From the IMG/VR virus record IMGVR_UViG_3300038673_000846, positions 1 through 33,542 of that record: a stretch of 33,542 nucleotides of DNA. One strand, 5' to 3'. The first letter of the stretch is position 1, and the number at the start of each line of letters is the position of its first letter. This document shows, one piece after another, positions 33,479 through 33,542 of the stretch. A model generated the notes under the pieces. It did not search any database. It had not been told where the DNA came from and saw nothing but the letters and a program-made list of their open reading frames with translations. Made by a program: the position numbers and the translations under genes. Origin of the DNA: a virus (lineage: Duplodnaviria > Caudoviricetes).

Positions 33479-33542
33479 ATGCCCGGTAGAACTGGAGAAA
33501 AAAGGTGATCAGCAGCAAGCGGATATGCATACCGTCGACATC

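Larger units (their letters stand above)
55..33488. mobile_element. Mu-like transposable prophage (sipho-type tail), probably Bacteroidota host; apparently complete
   Basis: DDE transposase + MuB-like ATPase + repressor/Ner switch at one end, complete head/tail/lysis modules, inverted 17-bp sites at equal distance from both ends; no integrase and no tail sheath gene. Exact termini uncertain by a few bp (53/55/57 and 33486/33488/33490). Confidence 0.93.

Overview
The window is an apparently complete ~33.4 kb Mu-like (transposable) prophage with a non-contractile, sipho-type tail, flanked by ~55 bp of host DNA on each side. The host is probably Bacteroidota, judging by TTTG-N20/21-TAnnTTTG promoters, A-rich start regions without SD sequences and signal peptides cleaved before Gln. 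From right to left it has a repressor/Ner switch with face-to-face promoters and twin operators, then a minus-strand early operon: DDE transposase, MuB-like AAA+ ATPase, RecA-like ATPase, GemA-like and DUF3164-like genes and an accessory block. A plus-strand terminase/portal/neck operon diverges from a minus-strand protease/capsid/tail/lysis operon. Both ends carry inverted AAAACGAWTTGTACAAA-type sites. Five observations stand out. (1) A portal-MuF fusion gene contains an in-frame T_TTT_TTC slippery heptamer, a 6-nt spacer and a GC hairpin at the domain junction, predicting a 425-aa portal and an 819-aa portal-MuF from one gene. (2) A translationally coupled block encodes a GT2 glycosyltransferase, a HAD/DnaA-domain-IV fusion and a QueC-like PP-loop enzyme, a candidate new modification system. 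(3) Upstream of it is a 92-nt tRNA-like RNA with perfect acceptor, D and T arms and CCA but a scrambled anticodon arm. (4) The ends lack TG...CA and a 5-bp duplication and instead fit a TA duplication inside a palindromic TTCTAGAA target. (5) The capsid protein has a membrane-type N-terminal leader, and a BspA-type LRR protein sits in the tail-fibre position. All family assignments come from motif recognition by eye; no database searches were run.
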